Both the position numbers and the translations under genes were made by a program. Shown piece by piece: positions 1-13,822 of a DNA stretch of 64,000 nucleotides (position 1 is the stretch's first letter; every line of letters starts with the position of its first letter). The stretch spans positions 297,117 through 361,116 of the forward strand of contig NIVC01001095.1 in assembly GCA_002269645.1 (NCBI GenBank), given 5' to 3'. This DNA is from Macrostomum lignano. Its lineage: Eukaryota. The notes below the pieces were generated by a model. It searched no databases. It was not told the origin of the DNA and saw nothing but the letters and a program-made list of their open reading frames with translations.

Positions 1-274
1 CGCTTAATTCATTCACATGGTTTTGCATGCTTTTAAAAAAGCAGTAGTTGAGACTATTCAAAATTCTGCCTATCAGTAGACCGAAATACAATCAAGACAG
101 CTACGTATTCTCGGAGACAAAAGAAGCAAATAAAAATGCTGTAGTGTCGCGTTTCTCGTGACTAACGCTTTTAGCTGAATCCCTTTGGTGCAGTAGAAGT
201 GTAAAAATACGAGTAATAAACGCGACGACAACGTTGAGGAACTCATATAGTTAAATACTATCACCACTTTTCCT

Positions 275-412
275 CCCAGATTAGCACTACTCGACTACTC
301 CCAGATTAGCACTACTCGACTACTCCCAGATTAGCACTACTCGACTACTCCCAGATTAGCACTACTCGACTACTCCCAGATTAGCACTACTCGACTACTC
401 CCAGATAAGCAC
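275..412. repeat. 25-bp minisatellite (CCCAGATTAGCACTACTCGACTACT)n, about 5.5 copies
   Basis: Unit recurs at 275, 300, 325, 350, 375 and 400. Confidence 0.95.
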
Positions 413-420
413 CGTTCTCA

Positions 421-770
421 CCCTAATTAGCACCACTCCCCACTGATTAGCACCACTCCCCACTGATTAGCACCACTCCCCACTGATTAGCACCACTCCC
501 CACTGATTAGCACCACTCCCCACTGATTAGCACCAATCCCCACTGATTAGCACCACTCCCCACTGATTAGCACCACTCCCCACTGATTAGGACCAATCCC
601 CACTGATTAGCACCAATCCCCACTGATTAGCACCACTCCCCACTGATTAGCACCAATCCCCACTGATTAGCACCACTCCCCACTGATTAGCACCAATCCC
701 CACTGATTAGGACCAATCCCCACTGATTAGCACCACTCCCCACTGATTAACACTACTCCCATTAGTACCA
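421..770. repeat. 20-bp minisatellite (CCCACTGATTAGCACCACTC)n, about 17 copies
   Basis: Exact 20-bp periodicity with CACT/CAAT variants; shares the GATTAGCAC core with the adjacent 25-bp array. Confidence 0.95.
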
Positions 771-836
771 TTTCCTTTTGAATAAAACAAATCGAAAAAA
801 TCGGTTTGGAAATTCAGGCTGTAAACTGAAATACCG

Positions 837-1587
<751 letters not shown>

Positions 1588-2097
1588 AACGTTCCGTTCC
1601 AGTTATATCTTGTAGTCTATATGGTCACTTGGCCACTGAATCACTTCAAACTTGACCAACTTCGATCGCCTTTGGGCGATCAAATTGCTTGCATTAGAGT
1701 AAAGTAAACGTCCTAAAGTAAACAGACGGGCGGACTTGCTTATCAGCTTCTTAGCTATGGCGCTAATTAACTTTTTTCCCTGGTTTTTCAATGCTTTAGC
1801 AGTAAAACATTAAAAGTTAATGAGTATGAATCTGAAGTGCAAGTAGTAGTTGGTTTGTGCTTGTTCAGGTAAGCATAGTATTCGCACTTGAGTACATGCA
1901 CTTGAAACGACCTTGCTTGCTTCGTAGGTGCCTTTGATGATTCAAGATATTTAGAAACAACTGCTCATATTAATGGTAAGGGCAGTCTTCACTGTTATTA
2001 TTTTTTTCGAAAATTACTGTGAATTTCTAACATCAATATGATAGTGCTAATTTTTCAAAAGTCACGATTGAAGTACATGTATCGTATTAATTGAAGC

Positions 2098-2448
2098 TTT
2101 TTTTTATTAGAGGCAGGGGGTTGTGTGGCGCACTTTAAGCGACATAGGCACACAACCGGCGAGAGGCATTACTGCCCATTCCGCCGACTCCCCTGAGCAG
2201 GCATACAAGCGCGCGGATACGTACGCAGGCACACGCTCACACAGGAGTGTACAGCGGCCCTAACTTTATATTATCGTTAGGCATGTACACTTCACTGCGC
2301 CTTGGGGGTTGGCTCTCAAGGCCGTTAATTGCACGAGCAGAGCCAAGCCGAGATTCCAATTCAGCCCCAAATTATGTGACTGCACTTGGAATCGAGCCTG
2401 GGTCGCTGGCACACCAGAGCAGCTGCGCTACCGCTAGGCTACGGCCCC
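2098..2448 (-). mobile_element. tRNA-derived SINE, family A
   Basis: Reverse complement aligns along its length with 47662-47989; tRNA-like head with A/B boxes at the 2448 end and an A-rich tail at about 2098-2105. Confidence 0.85.
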
Positions 2449-2539
2449 CCCCCCCCATTAATTGAAGCTAGTAGGCGCTTAATGGTTGCTTAACAAATTC
2501 TTATGCAGCTAATACGAAGGGTAACAATATAATAATTGG

Positions 2540-2832
2540 TTACACCTGTACTAATGGCCAGATGTGCAACCGACAGCTCAGGCCGCAGCTATTGCGTGGC
2601 GCATCTGAAGGCTGCGTACGGCTGTTCAGTCCAAGGACTGGGGGAGGTCGCCACACACCCAAAATTACCCCAGCTAATGCTGGCACCCATTTTACAGCTG
2701 AGTGAACTGAAGCAATGCAGATTGCAGAGTTAAGTGTCTTGCTCAAGGACACAAATTGTTCAAGGGGGATCGGAAATCGAACCCCCGACCTTTCTGTCGT
2801 GAGTCCGACGGTCAAAAGCCCACCGGGGTTCG
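2540..2832 (-). mobile_element. CORE-type SINE, family B
   Basis: Homologous to 12210-12432, 21348-21545 and 46219-46405; contains TGTGTCCTTGAGCAAGACACTTAACTC...CAGCTGTAAAATGGG, resembling the MIR CORE domain. Confidence 0.8.
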
Positions 2833-2879
2833 GCAAATTTTTTTACCTCAAGGGGCGAATAGAGAACCTAGAGAATGAC

Positions 2880-3205
2880 TGCGGGCCGGAGGAAGGGAGA
2901 GAGGAGAGGGAATAAAGAAGAGAGGAGAGAGGAGACAGGAGAAGAGAGGAGAGAGGAGAGAGGAGACAGGAGAGGAGGAAGGAGGAGAGAAAAGGAAAGA
3001 GAAGAGAGAAGAGAGGAGACGAGAAGAGAGAGAAAATAAGGAGAAAGGATATAATAAAGAAGAGAAGAGAGAAGAGGAGAGAGGAGAGAGGAGAGGAGAG
3101 AAAATAAGAGAGAAGCGAGGAAAGAGGAGAGAGGCGAGAAGAGAGAAGAGAGAAGAGAGGAAGAGAGTAGAGAGTAGATTAGAGAGAAGAGCGCTGAGAA
3201 GAGAT
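2880..3205. repeat. Purine-rich (GA) low-complexity tract
   Basis: Almost exclusively A/G. Confidence 0.9.
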
Positions 3206-3427
3206 TGAGCGGGCCGGATTGTTATTGTGAAGTTTCAAACGACCCGAGGGCCGGATGGAGGTGCTCTGCGGGCGGCATGTGACCCGGAGTTTGCCGACCT
3301 ATTCTCTAACCCATAGGCTGCAACCCCTAACTAAGCAGATACTAACTATATCATCGCGATGTACGAGCTACTATTGCTCATACAGACGATTATTAAAGCT
3401 GTCTCAATCCTTAACACCATTATCCAG

Positions 3428-3741
3428 TGCAAAAGCCCATTGCCGTAGCCTGCGGCGATGTTGCTCAACAAATTGGCGCCGACTGGCGCAACCTGTACGC
3501 CCACCTGCCGATGGAGCCGGACCGGACGCGGTCAACGAGGCGACGCGACGTTGAAAAACTCGACATAATCGGCAACAGGCGCGACCTGCCGGAACCGGAG
3601 CTGGCAGCGCAATCGTTGGAACGCTGGCGGATGATGAACCCACAGAGCAAGCCGGAAGGACTGCTGCAGGCGCTGCGCAAGATTGAACGCGACGAGCTGG
3701 CGCAACGGGTTGAGCACAAGTTCAAGTATAAGAAGGCCTAA
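3428..3741 (+). CDS. Probable terminal exon encoding a death domain; upstream exons not identified
   Basis: CCAG acceptor at 3424-3427; VAQQIGADWRNLYAHL...LERWRMMN...EGLLQALRKIERDELAQRVE fits the death-fold pattern (GxDW..L, L..W, L..AL..I.R.DL). Confidence 0.75.
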
Positions 3742-4668
3742 TCAGCGTGTATAACTCGCGTGCACTCTTTATAATCCTGGTTAATTAGCAGAAATTTCAA
3801 CTTGTAATCAAAAGCGAACGGCAATGTAAGAATTGACATATTTTGGGTCAGCTGGTGCATGCTGGGTTCATGCATAAGATTGCTACCGTTAATAGGAGAC
3901 GCAATCAAGATATAAGTTGGTCTCTGCTTCAGGGAACATCATCTTTATAACTACGAGCTCGATATCACTTATACTTACTCAGGTATTCGAGTCGAGCCTT
4001 TTTATTACGATAAATCAACGATGCAGAATTAGGTATCTGTTGGTGAACTTCACGGAGATTGCTTTTTGTTGCATATCTTAAAACAAAACCCTTAACTTTA
4101 TCATCTGCGATAGAATGTCAATCACTTTTTTTGTACTTTCGCCGGAAGTTGAATCGAATTATATTTATTTTTGTAATCAAAACATTATTTGCGTCGTGAT
4201 TAAGTTTTAATGGCACATTTAACAGCTGTTACACCTATATAAATACATGCTATTATACTTCTGCAGTAGTTTCTGACTTATACTGATTTCTATATAAGCT
4301 TTATTTTACAAATAAGGCGCGCGTTATATTTCATTTTCACCTGCTTATGTAGAACAATATTTAAAGAATAATTAGCAAGCAAACACGTAACAGAAGATAA
4401 TATTGTAATTGTCTATGGCTGGCCAAAACGTTCAAAGCATATGGCAACACCACAGATAACCTCTCTTGCTATATAGGCTCACACATGAATTTCGGCTGGC
4501 GTCTGTTATATAGTGGTCAGGTGACTTTTTAAGTGCATTTAAGCCCAGTGCATTTATATACAACGTCGAACGCTAAATTTGCTACGATCACCTCGCAGTG
4601 AGCAGCGCTTCGATGTCAGCCACTTGCACAGATTAATTTCAGTTTTAAAAAATCGTCAAACAACTGAA

Positions 4669-7600
4669 ATGAGTACAGATAGCCAGCAGCAGAAGGCGAT
4701 CATCGTCAAGACAGCGTTGGTCCCACGTAGGTCTGTCAGCTGCAGCGATCAGACTAAGCAGAAACCGGCAGTGTTGGCTCACGATTCAAGTCAGAAGCGT
4801 CAGCATAGACAAACAAAGCAAAGCTCAAAAAAATTACCGTTGAAAACTTCAAAGGTGGTACCGACTAACAGCAATTCTGAGGTCGCGTCTTGCGCAAAGG
4901 AAGCTTCTGCATCGCTCACCGACAAGTCCAAACGTGGCGCCGCCGAGAAGACCACCAAAGAGCGGCTAAAGGTGCTGGCTCTGCTAGAACCAGACGACGA
5001 TTCGAACCGCCTAGTTCGAGAATATCCATTCAAGGCCAAGTCGTTGGAGTTTCGGATTAACTACGATAGCCTGTTGGCCAAGTCCTACGTTTGGGTGCCG
5101 CGTTCGCCGGACACTTTTCACGAACTGCTTGGCGTGTAAGGATTCCAGTCTAATGTCTTGCTATGATGTCTTGTGGTTATAATATGCAGTAATATTTTAT
5201 GTAGGAAGACTTAGACTATTTTTTACCTTGGTCTTGGAGTTACTTTGAACAGGATATTGAATTCCCTGTGCAAATATTTCGGGTCAAAATTTTCATCCTC
5301 AGCGACTCTTTGTCAGCTAGCGCCGAAGTAGCACCCAGGAGCTTATTTGCGATGAAAAAAGTATTTTGGACGAATGAAAGTTTATTTTAGTCTTCGAATT
5401 TCAGAAATTCAGGCACTGCAAAATTTCAGGAAAACCTCTTTTAGTTGATAGTTAAGCAATAAACAGACAAACAGCAGCTGATAAAGAATCAGCCTGGCTA
5501 GCGGATATAAAAACTGTTACATGCACAAATTCGCACCACGATACAGTATTAGCCAAGCTGTGACTTTCCTTGGCTTCGACGAGGTTTCGATCGAATCTTC
5601 TCACAAGGCGACGTACTCGACTATTACCTGCAATGCGAAGCTATCAGAGACTGGCCTAGATCTGGAAGAAACTCGACTGTCACTGCTGTGGATACGACCC
5701 CCGGAGTACGCATGGAGTCAGCTCCGTGAGTGAGGTTTTGTTTCATTAAAATCATTACTCAATAGTTCGATTTAGAAACGGCTTATCAGAACGGTGATGT
5801 CTCTGTTGGATCCGTCCTATTATTGGACCTGAAATGAGAGTGGCTCAGGAGTTCGATGTACATCCATTCCAGATTCAATAAACCCAAGAGAGAAGCCGTA
5901 GCTCTGCTAAATCACTTAAATTTTTGACAAACATATATACGTTAACACCTTCTGTGCTTTACTCGCAGGTCATTGTTAACTTAATGGCATCAAAGTACTC
6001 ATAGATAGTGGGGTGGCAGGTTCTATTTTATTTAACCCAAAATATTTTAGTTTGCTAGTAAGTTTAGCAAGATGCTATGTGTTGGGCACTAATTAGCAAC
6101 ACATCTAAAATTCACAAACGATAGGAAACTACATAGTCTATCGCCAAGTTGATTCATTGCACGACGGCATCATCAACAAGTGGCTGCTTATAGCCAACCT
6201 GCAAAACACGGACAAACGTACTCGGTTTAAGACCGCCGACGGTATCCTTTTCTCGTCAAAGTACTTCCTGCCTGAGACTATCAATCTGGGTCACATGCCG
6301 ATGGACGAACTGATTAGCCTATTGGGTAAGCAAAAAAACGTTTTTTGGAGGCTTAGTGTTCAGAGACGCATCGGTGTTTTCCTTCAAAATTGGCTATGAG
6401 ATCTTAGAAAAAAAATTGGATCAAATTTCGACTAATTCGACTGTCTGCTCCACGCCGCCAAAGATGACTAGTCTCTTTGCTACCGTATTTCTATTTGAGA
6501 GTATTATGCGCTCAAAAATCGGCCATGGGAGTGTTGACGGACTCGCTGGAACATAATGTTGATGAGAGAAGCACTCTCGAGTCTTGATGACCACAATCGC
6601 TGAAATGCTGGGGGCTCTTGGGGGAAGTGCTGCGATGTCAATCCGCATGAGGGGATTGCTGAGATGCCGACGGTCAATTGGAAGAAGTTTACGTACGCCA
6701 AGCCAAAGTCAGATCAAAGGGAGAGTTAAGGTTAAGCAATGGCTTAAAGGGATGCTTTGATGCCAAAGCTCAAAGGGGATCTTAGGCTAGATAGCTGGCT
6801 TTTAGGGCTGATGCAATTGTTTGCTTAAAACAGAATTTTTCTTAGGATACAAAAAATAACGACTGTACAAGGTCATAACCTACATGTAGTTTATTCAAAC
6901 ATTTTTATTCGATACTTTGTTGCCTCCCCAATGGGGGCACAGATGGCTAGTTTGCGTTGAATCGGACTGAACTGTCCAAAGACGGCATAGGGAGTACTGG
7001 CTGCTCAAGCTTCGTACACCCTCAGAGGCACAAACTTAGTGTTTAGTAGAGTTGTGACGACGCTGTGCCTGCAGTCTTGAAAGATTATTTGTAAGGACGA
7101 AGGTAAGGATTGAGATAAAATAAAAATGCACGTTGGAATTAATACGTGTATGAAGATTGTCATGCATATTGTTGAGCGTAGATTTTGGTTTAGGAATTGT
7201 GAATGAAGAAATAACGTATCTTAAAAATAGCTCGTATTTGTTTAGTTGATGATACTCCGACAGACAAATAAGCAGACGTTGACCTTGTTCAATGTATTCA
7301 TTGTATTACGTCATCGGATATGTAAGCACCTATGATAGCATGTTTTTCTTTCACTTACTGCAGATAGATAATGATTAGACAATTTTTTAAATGTCTCAAT
7401 TTTTAATTTATTTTAGCCGCTTCTGAAGGCACATACATCGTCAAGGAAGTACGGTACGTTAGCATTGATTTTGTCACAACTACTTTTGAAGAAATGTTGC
7501 ATACTTAATTTTAATCTGCTTGCCTCATTCAGTGGCACAAAAGGTCGGAATATGCGGCTGCTACGCCTCGGTGGTGGCAGCACCGGCGGGCATCGCGACC

Positions 7601-9644
7601 TTCTCGAGATGCTGAAAGGTTCCGGTCTGCTGGAGCACCGGCTATCCGATGTGATCCTACAAAAGTACATCGAGCGACCGTTGCTAGTTGACAAGCGCAA
7701 GTTCGATTTTCGCGTCTACATGCTCATGGTGAACGCTTGTCGTCGGGAGAAATCTGGCTCCAGATCGAAGGCTTTCTACGTCTACTGGCACCCCGGCTTT
7801 CTAAGACTGTGCATCATGGCCTACCAGCGCGACAGTGGAGACCTGCTGTGCCACCTCACCAACCAGCACATACAGATGAACAGCGTCTTGTACGATCGGG
7901 TCAAGGAGACCACAGTGTGGGAACCGGACGAGCTCAATCAATATTTTAACAGTCGGGGCAACCTGCCGGCTAAGAACTACGTTCGTGACATTATCTATCC
8001 GAAGATTGGCGCCATTATTGGCTATCTGGGCGCCGCGTTCGCCGAGAGTCTCAACGACAATGCTATTAAAGCTAACACATTTAAGGTTGGTGTGTTTAAC
8101 CAATTTATAATTATGCATGCATCTTGGTTAACACAAAGTTTACTTCAGTTTTTTCTCTTCGAAGGATATGAGTGCTGACATGACTACAGACCAAGCGAGC
8201 AGCATTTAGTGACGAGCATATCCCCGAAACTTCATTCCTCCGAAACGTCACATCTCCGAAACTTCATATCCCCGAAATTTCATATCGCTGAAACTTCATA
8301 TCCCCGAAACTTCATATCCCCGAAACTTCATATCCCCGAAACTTCATATCCCCGAAACTTCATATCCCCGAAACTTCATATCCCCGAAACTTCATATCCC
8401 CGAAACTTCATATCCCCGAAACTTCATATCCCCGAAACTTCATATCCCCGAAACTTCATATCTCCGAAACTTTATATCCTCGAATATTCATATATCTGCA
8501 AAACTGCATATCCCCGATACTTCATACCCCCGAAAATAAATATCTCCGAAACTTCATATCCCCGAAACTTCATATCCCCAAAACTTCATATCCCCGAAAC
8601 TTCATATCCCCGAAACTTCATATCTCCGAAACTTTATATCCTCGAATATTCATATATCTGCAAAACTGCATATCCCCGATACTTCATACCCCCGAAAAGA
8701 AATATCTCCGAAACTTCATATCCCCGAAACTTCATATCCCCAAAACTTCATATCCCCGAAACTTCATATCCCCGAAACTTCATATCCCCGAAACTTCATA
8801 TCCCCGAAACTTCATATCGCCGAAACTTCATATCCCCGAAACTTCATATCGCCGAAACTTCATATCCCGAAACTTCATATCCCCGAAACTTCATATCCCT
8901 GAAACTTCATATCGCCGAAACTTCATATCCCCAAAACTTCATATCCCCGAAACTTCATATCCCCGAAACTTCATATCCCCGAAACTTCATATCCCTGAAA
9001 CTTCATATCGCCGAAACTTCATATCCCCGAAACTTCATATACTGATACTTCATATCTCCGAAACTTCATATCCCCGAAACTTCATATCCCCGAAACTTTA
9101 TATCCCCGAAACTTCATATCCCCGAAACTTCATATACTGATACTTCATATCTCCGAAACTTCATATCCCCGAAACTTCATATACTGATACTTCATATCTC
9201 CGAAACTTCATATCCCCGAAACTTCATATACTGATACTTCATATCTCCGAAACTTCATATCCCCAAAACTTCATATCCCCAAAGCAACAACCTCACTCTT
9301 TGAGGCCACTTTAGACCGCCCAGTTTTATTTTCCAACGTTTTAAATTCAACTTCTCCTCCCCACCTCGCAGTTGTTCGGTGTTGACTTCATGGTTGACAG
9401 TCGTCTATCAGTGCAACTACTAGAGGTCAACGATCTGCCGTCTTGGCGCCGTCAGACTCGCATTCTGGCCAAATTAAAGACCGACCTATGGCGGGAAGCC
9501 GTTGCCCTGACAGTGGAAACTGTGGCCAAATTTCGGCAGAAACAAACGCTGGAGCCTCTAGTTAGCCGGTGCAACTTTCGGCTGGCGCACTCTTCAGAGG
9601 ATCCTACGCTGCTAGCGAACGCTATTGCCACATTGTTCCATTAA
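4669..9644 (+). CDS. TTLL10: TTLL10-like tubulin glycylase/glutamylase paralogue A, 569 aa; exons 4669-5135, 5547-5725, 6125-6325, 7417-7453, 7533-8085, 9372-9644
   Basis: All introns GT-AG and phase-compatible (1710 nt). TTL motifs QKYIERPLLVDKRKFDFRVY, HLTNQHIQ, FGVDFMVD, LLEVN; the LYDRVKETTVW segment resembles TTLL10. Subfamily assignment is by eye. Confidence 0.85.
8218..9283. repeat. 16-bp minisatellite (TCCCCGAAACTTCATA)n in intron 5 of TTLL paralogue A
   Basis: 16-bp periodicity, giving the 16-aa PRNFISPKLHIPETSY pseudo-repeat; higher-order variant blocks at about 8460-8580 and 8620-8740. Confidence 0.95.
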
Positions 9645-10865
9645 GTTTGCACATGGTACTAAAATCTTGGTAACAACCAATTGCATTGGCTCAATGAGCT
9701 GTCCTAAAAATCTGATATAGCATCACTGTTCACTTCACGAAGTTTGGTTTCTTGAGAAATGATGCGATAGTAATAAGAAAGCTCTTGTCGAAACGACAAT
9801 GAAGAAATCGCCAACCAATTCTTGTATTCTGTTTGTGGCTTTGAAAACGCCTTCACGATGTATCATTAGTAATGGTCTTGAAAATAGGTCAGCTTAAACT
9901 TAAGCACCCGAAGAAAAGATCCCGACCAAACCGACTGCAATAGACAGCATGCCGAACCAATCGACTGGAGACATCGCGCATCCAAGCCCCTGGGCTCCCA
10001 GGAGATTAATGGGATAAAATGAGGATTTTATTAGTGTTTACTGCAGTCGATGTGATCCCCTTTAAAGGTAGTGCTGTCTAGCTGCATGAACATATATGAG
10101 GGTTGAATAAGCGCGCACCAAGGCAAGGGCGCATGAAAAACGTCGGATGCGTTGGAAAAGTGCGCATTGGAAAGCGCACAGTCCGGGGTTTAAGCATTTG
10201 CCGGCAGTGACAGAAGCGCGCATGCAAACTGGCGGGCAATGACATAAAAAACCCTAATTCCACCCGCAATGATATAAGAGGGCTATGCTATGAAACTGTG
10301 GCCTGCTCACATGAGCAGCCAGTCTTTGTGCCGCCCGCCTACATGCATGAGCAGCCGCTTAAATGTGGCTCCAATGCTGGAGTTTTATTGTCCAGTACCG
10401 GGTTTCGGTTTCGGCACCGAAAAAGTGCAAATAACTCTATTGGACGACTTTCTGGCCCTCTGGGACCGGCGAAAATCCACCCAGGGTAACGAAATCTGCG
10501 TTTTAAAAGCTCACCAATAAGTCAAGGACCACTTTAGTATAGCAAAGATCGTGTAAATTACTTCACGAGACCGATTTCATGGAAAAATATACTGGGGACA
10601 TAGGAAAAGCTCTTTTCTTGTATCACATAATCAATTATCATATTACTACGAGCGTATTATTTTAATTTAGCATGGACATTGAACAGCATGATACTCTATT
10701 ATATTTGATATTTTATATAGCTGTGTACATAGTGAAGTTGTATGCACTAACTATGTATGCATTGAAATGGAATTATACCTATAACAATGGCTGAAGAATA
10801 TCTACATGCAAAATTTTTATTAAAAATATACTTGATTAGGAAGAAAAAACAAAAAAGTTACACTA

Positions 10866-11739
10866 TAGCATTTTGCAGTCAAGTTTGAACTGCGGGCATT
10901 CAAATTAGACGCTTGACCAGATCTCACTGCTGGCACAAATGCTATCTATGGCCTAGACAAAATCACACTGGTGGGCACTCAATTTAGACAAGGGGCATTC
11001 AAATTAGACAAGTTCTCAGGCGCATTGGCTGGGCAATTCAAGATCGTGTTGCGTCTGTTGTCAGACAATCATTCTGTGAACCCTGAACTATGAAGATAAG
11101 AACAAGTTATAACAAAGTAAGCATGTGTGAACAAACAAAACAGGGTGCTCAGCACATCAATGAACAAGAGTCTCACAAGAGTCTCATCTGATAGAGAATT
11201 CAAACGATGTCTTCATTTGCCAGACAGCGTGGGATGAAGCGGAGCGTGTGCTGATACCAGTGAACGCACTTCAGTGGAGTCACGTCATCCATCGCGATTT
11301 CCCCGCACCTCTGCAGCACCATCAGTCTCCATTGAACGGCAGTCATGTCAGGAGGCGGAACAGCCAATTCTCTCTGAACTTCAGGATTGGACAGCTGCCT
11401 CTTGACTGCTGATTTAAAGGCACTGTGAGCCAGTTCAACTGGGTTCAGGAAAGGAGAGTAAGGTGGTAAGATCTTCAGTTCAATTCGACCAACCCACTCC
11501 TCCGGGATTTGCAATCGTCCGTCGTGGATTGTCCATGGTCTTTCTCTCTGGCACACATAGACTTTCCGCTGCTTGTCTAATTTGAATGCCCGTTGTCTAA
11601 ATTGAGTGCCCGTCAGTGTGTTTCAGTTTGTGCCACAGACATAAAGTTCTGCTTGACTTGGGGACGGATTCTGAAATTTGGCTCTTCCCTTCTTGTCTAA
11701 TTTGAATGCCCGCAGTTCAAACTTGACTGCAAAATGCTA
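10866..11739 (-). mobile_element. Internally deleted Tc1/IS630-superfamily DNA transposon (874 bp) with a transposase C-terminal remnant at 11200-11556
   Basis: Perfect 45-bp TIRs (10866-10910 and 11695-11739) flanked by TA; remnant LPPYSPFLNPVELAHSAFKSAVKR is a DDE_3-type motif. Confidence 0.93.
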
Positions 11740-12209
11740 TAATCCAATGAGTATCTAAAACTTCAGGCTTATGAAATCCAAAGAAAACAATATGAAAATG
11801 AAACTCACGACACAGCTACACAAGATCCGATCTTGATCTTTCCTGTTTCCACAGTGTATGGTATTTTTTCATGAAATTGATGGCTTTCAAAAAAGTACAC
11901 ATCTTTCAGTTTTACATCCTGTTATACTACAGTGGTCCTTGCAATAAATGCGACAGGAACGCCAAGTCGGTAGTGCTCGGGGCGCCAAAGTTATGTCTGT
12001 TTGTGCAAGCACAGACGCTTCTACTTAAATGCGATCATTATAGTAGAAAAAATACGAAGCATTTCATTATTGACCTTTGCTGAAAAATGAACTGGTGTCT
12101 GCAATATTTTAACCCAATGAGTCCTCCAGAGACTGGTCCAATATCGCGCCTCAAGAGGGCATGTTAGAGTTTGTATGGATCGAGTTGTTGTGGTGCAGAA
12201 TTACACCGG

Positions 12210-12432
12210 AAAAATTTGTGTTCTTGAGCAAGACACTTCACTCTGCATTGCTTCAGTTCACCCAGCTGTAAAATGGGTGCCAGCATTAGCTGGGGTAATT
12301 GAGGGTGTTTGTGGCGACCTCCCAATCCTTGGACTGAACAGCCGTACGCAGCCTTCAGATGCGCCGCGCAATAGCTGCGGCTGAGCTGTCGGTTGCACAT
12401 CTGGTCCAATTGGGGCAGGTGTAATAATAAAA
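12210..12432 (+). mobile_element. CORE-type SINE, family B, diverged head
   Basis: Body homologous to 2540-2832 in the opposite orientation. Confidence 0.8.
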
Positions 12433-12962
12433 AGGGACAGAAACCGGCACTGGTAGTGTCCACACTACTCCCCAATTTCTCTAAATAACTTTAAAAGGCC
12501 ACAACTGAGTATAAAATGTACATTTTCACTTTGATTTTTAGTCCAGGCATAGAGGACTTCTTGTTGAACCGGAATGAGAAAACAAGACATTAACAGTTCA
12601 CTCTGCATTGGGTCAACTTAGAGTTGACTTAAGAGACTATTATTTAGAATTTTTTGGGCATGTTTGCTATTTGAACTGAGGAGAATTGGCTCAATAAAGG
12701 GTACCGCGCTCTCAAGTGACGCTGTACATTGAATAAAATAAAAGTATGAATACAATTACTTAAATACAAATTCTCAAAGGAACGAGGACATGTACATTAT
12801 TTTTTTTAAACTCTGACCATGAATAGCTCTGATTTCTACTTGTTAGTAGGCTGTTCTGTTGAATACCTTATAATATGTTTTCTACTCCACCAGTTCCAGA
12901 AAGAACTTGAATCAGTGCGTTTTACAAGCTAATAATTGGTTTTGACAGGTGCTTCAGTCAGA

Positions 12963-13058
12963 CCGGCGATAGCTCAGTTGGTAGAGCGGAGGACTGTAGA
13001 GTGCAAATGTCGATCAGCAGCGATCCTTAGGTCGGTGGTTCAAATCCGCCTCGCCGGA
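12963..13058 (+). tRNA. tRNA-Tyr: tRNA-Tyr(GTA) with a 23-nt intron (13000-13022)
   Basis: Full cloverleaf: CCGGCGA/TCGCCGG acceptor stem, GCTC/GAGC D-stem, GAGGA-CTGTAG^A-TCCTT anticodon arm, GGTGG-TTCAAAT-CCGCC T-arm; oligo-T terminator follows. Confidence 0.96.
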
Positions 13059-13175
13059 GAACTTTTTTTCTGAGAATTTGAAATAGTATACTGCGTTTCA
13101 ACTTGCAATACTGTCATTGTTAAGCAGTTTTTTAGGGGCTTTATTCAATTAAAACTACCAGTCAGTTTTTTACGT

Positions 13176-13552
13176 CCAGTGTGTCCAGTGATGGACTCTG
13201 ACGTCTCTGAGCGAGTATTGGTGTCCAGTGATGGACTCTGAGTGAGTATTGATGCCAAGTGATGGACTCTGAGTGACTATTGGTGCCAAGTGATGGACTC
13301 TGAGTGACTATTGGTGCCAAATGATGGACTCTGAGTGACTATTGGTGCCAAGTGATGGACTCTGAGTGAGTATTAGTGTCCTGTGATGGACTCTGAGTGA
13401 GTATTGGTGTCCAGTGATGGATTCTGAGTGAGTATTGGTGCCAAGTGACGGACTCTGAGTGAGTATTGGTGCCAATCGATGGAGTCTGAGTGAGTTGGGT
13501 TACAATCGATAGATTCTGAATGACTATTGGTGCCAAGTGACGGACTCTGAGT
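13176..13552. repeat. 31-bp minisatellite (GTGATGGACTCTGAGTGAGTATTGGTGCCAA)n, about 12 copies
   Basis: GATGGACT recurs at 13261, 13292, 13323 and onward. Confidence 0.93.
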
Positions 13553-13822
13553 AAGTAGGTTTTTGCCTTATTTATTTAGTGCTCAAATAAATAATCAAGG
13601 AAGACGGTTTATGTAATTATCTAGTCCTCGACAGATGTCATCATGGTGTTTGTTGAATAATTTATTACGTTTCGCTACGAGTGTTTTGCTTAATTCTTGC
13701 CAGATCACAGCTTCTGATTGAGGTTTTATTGAGTATTGTTTTACTTTTTCCGTCAAACCGGAATTTTGTGCGTCTGCAGTGGCCATGCACACCAAAGCGT
13801 TGCAGTGTCCCCAGTTCGCAGC

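Noticed and set aside
1590-1791. Coding-looking short frames on both strands, considered as upstream exons of the death-domain gene
   Set aside because: No recognisable motif and no convincing phase-compatible splice chain to 3428.
7236-7325. Candidate extra TTLL-A exon (TTTAG...GTAAG)
   Set aside because: The required phase gives an in-frame stop, and paralogue B has no equivalent exon.
8209-9045. 278-aa ORF with PRNFISPKLHIPETSY repeats
   Set aside because: Product of a 16-bp intronic minisatellite; the TTLL exon chain splices cleanly around it.
13176-13552. Possible CRISPR array (also considered for the 25-, 27- and 55-bp arrays)
   Set aside because: Units are contiguous with no unique spacers, there are no cas genes, and the context is eukaryotic.
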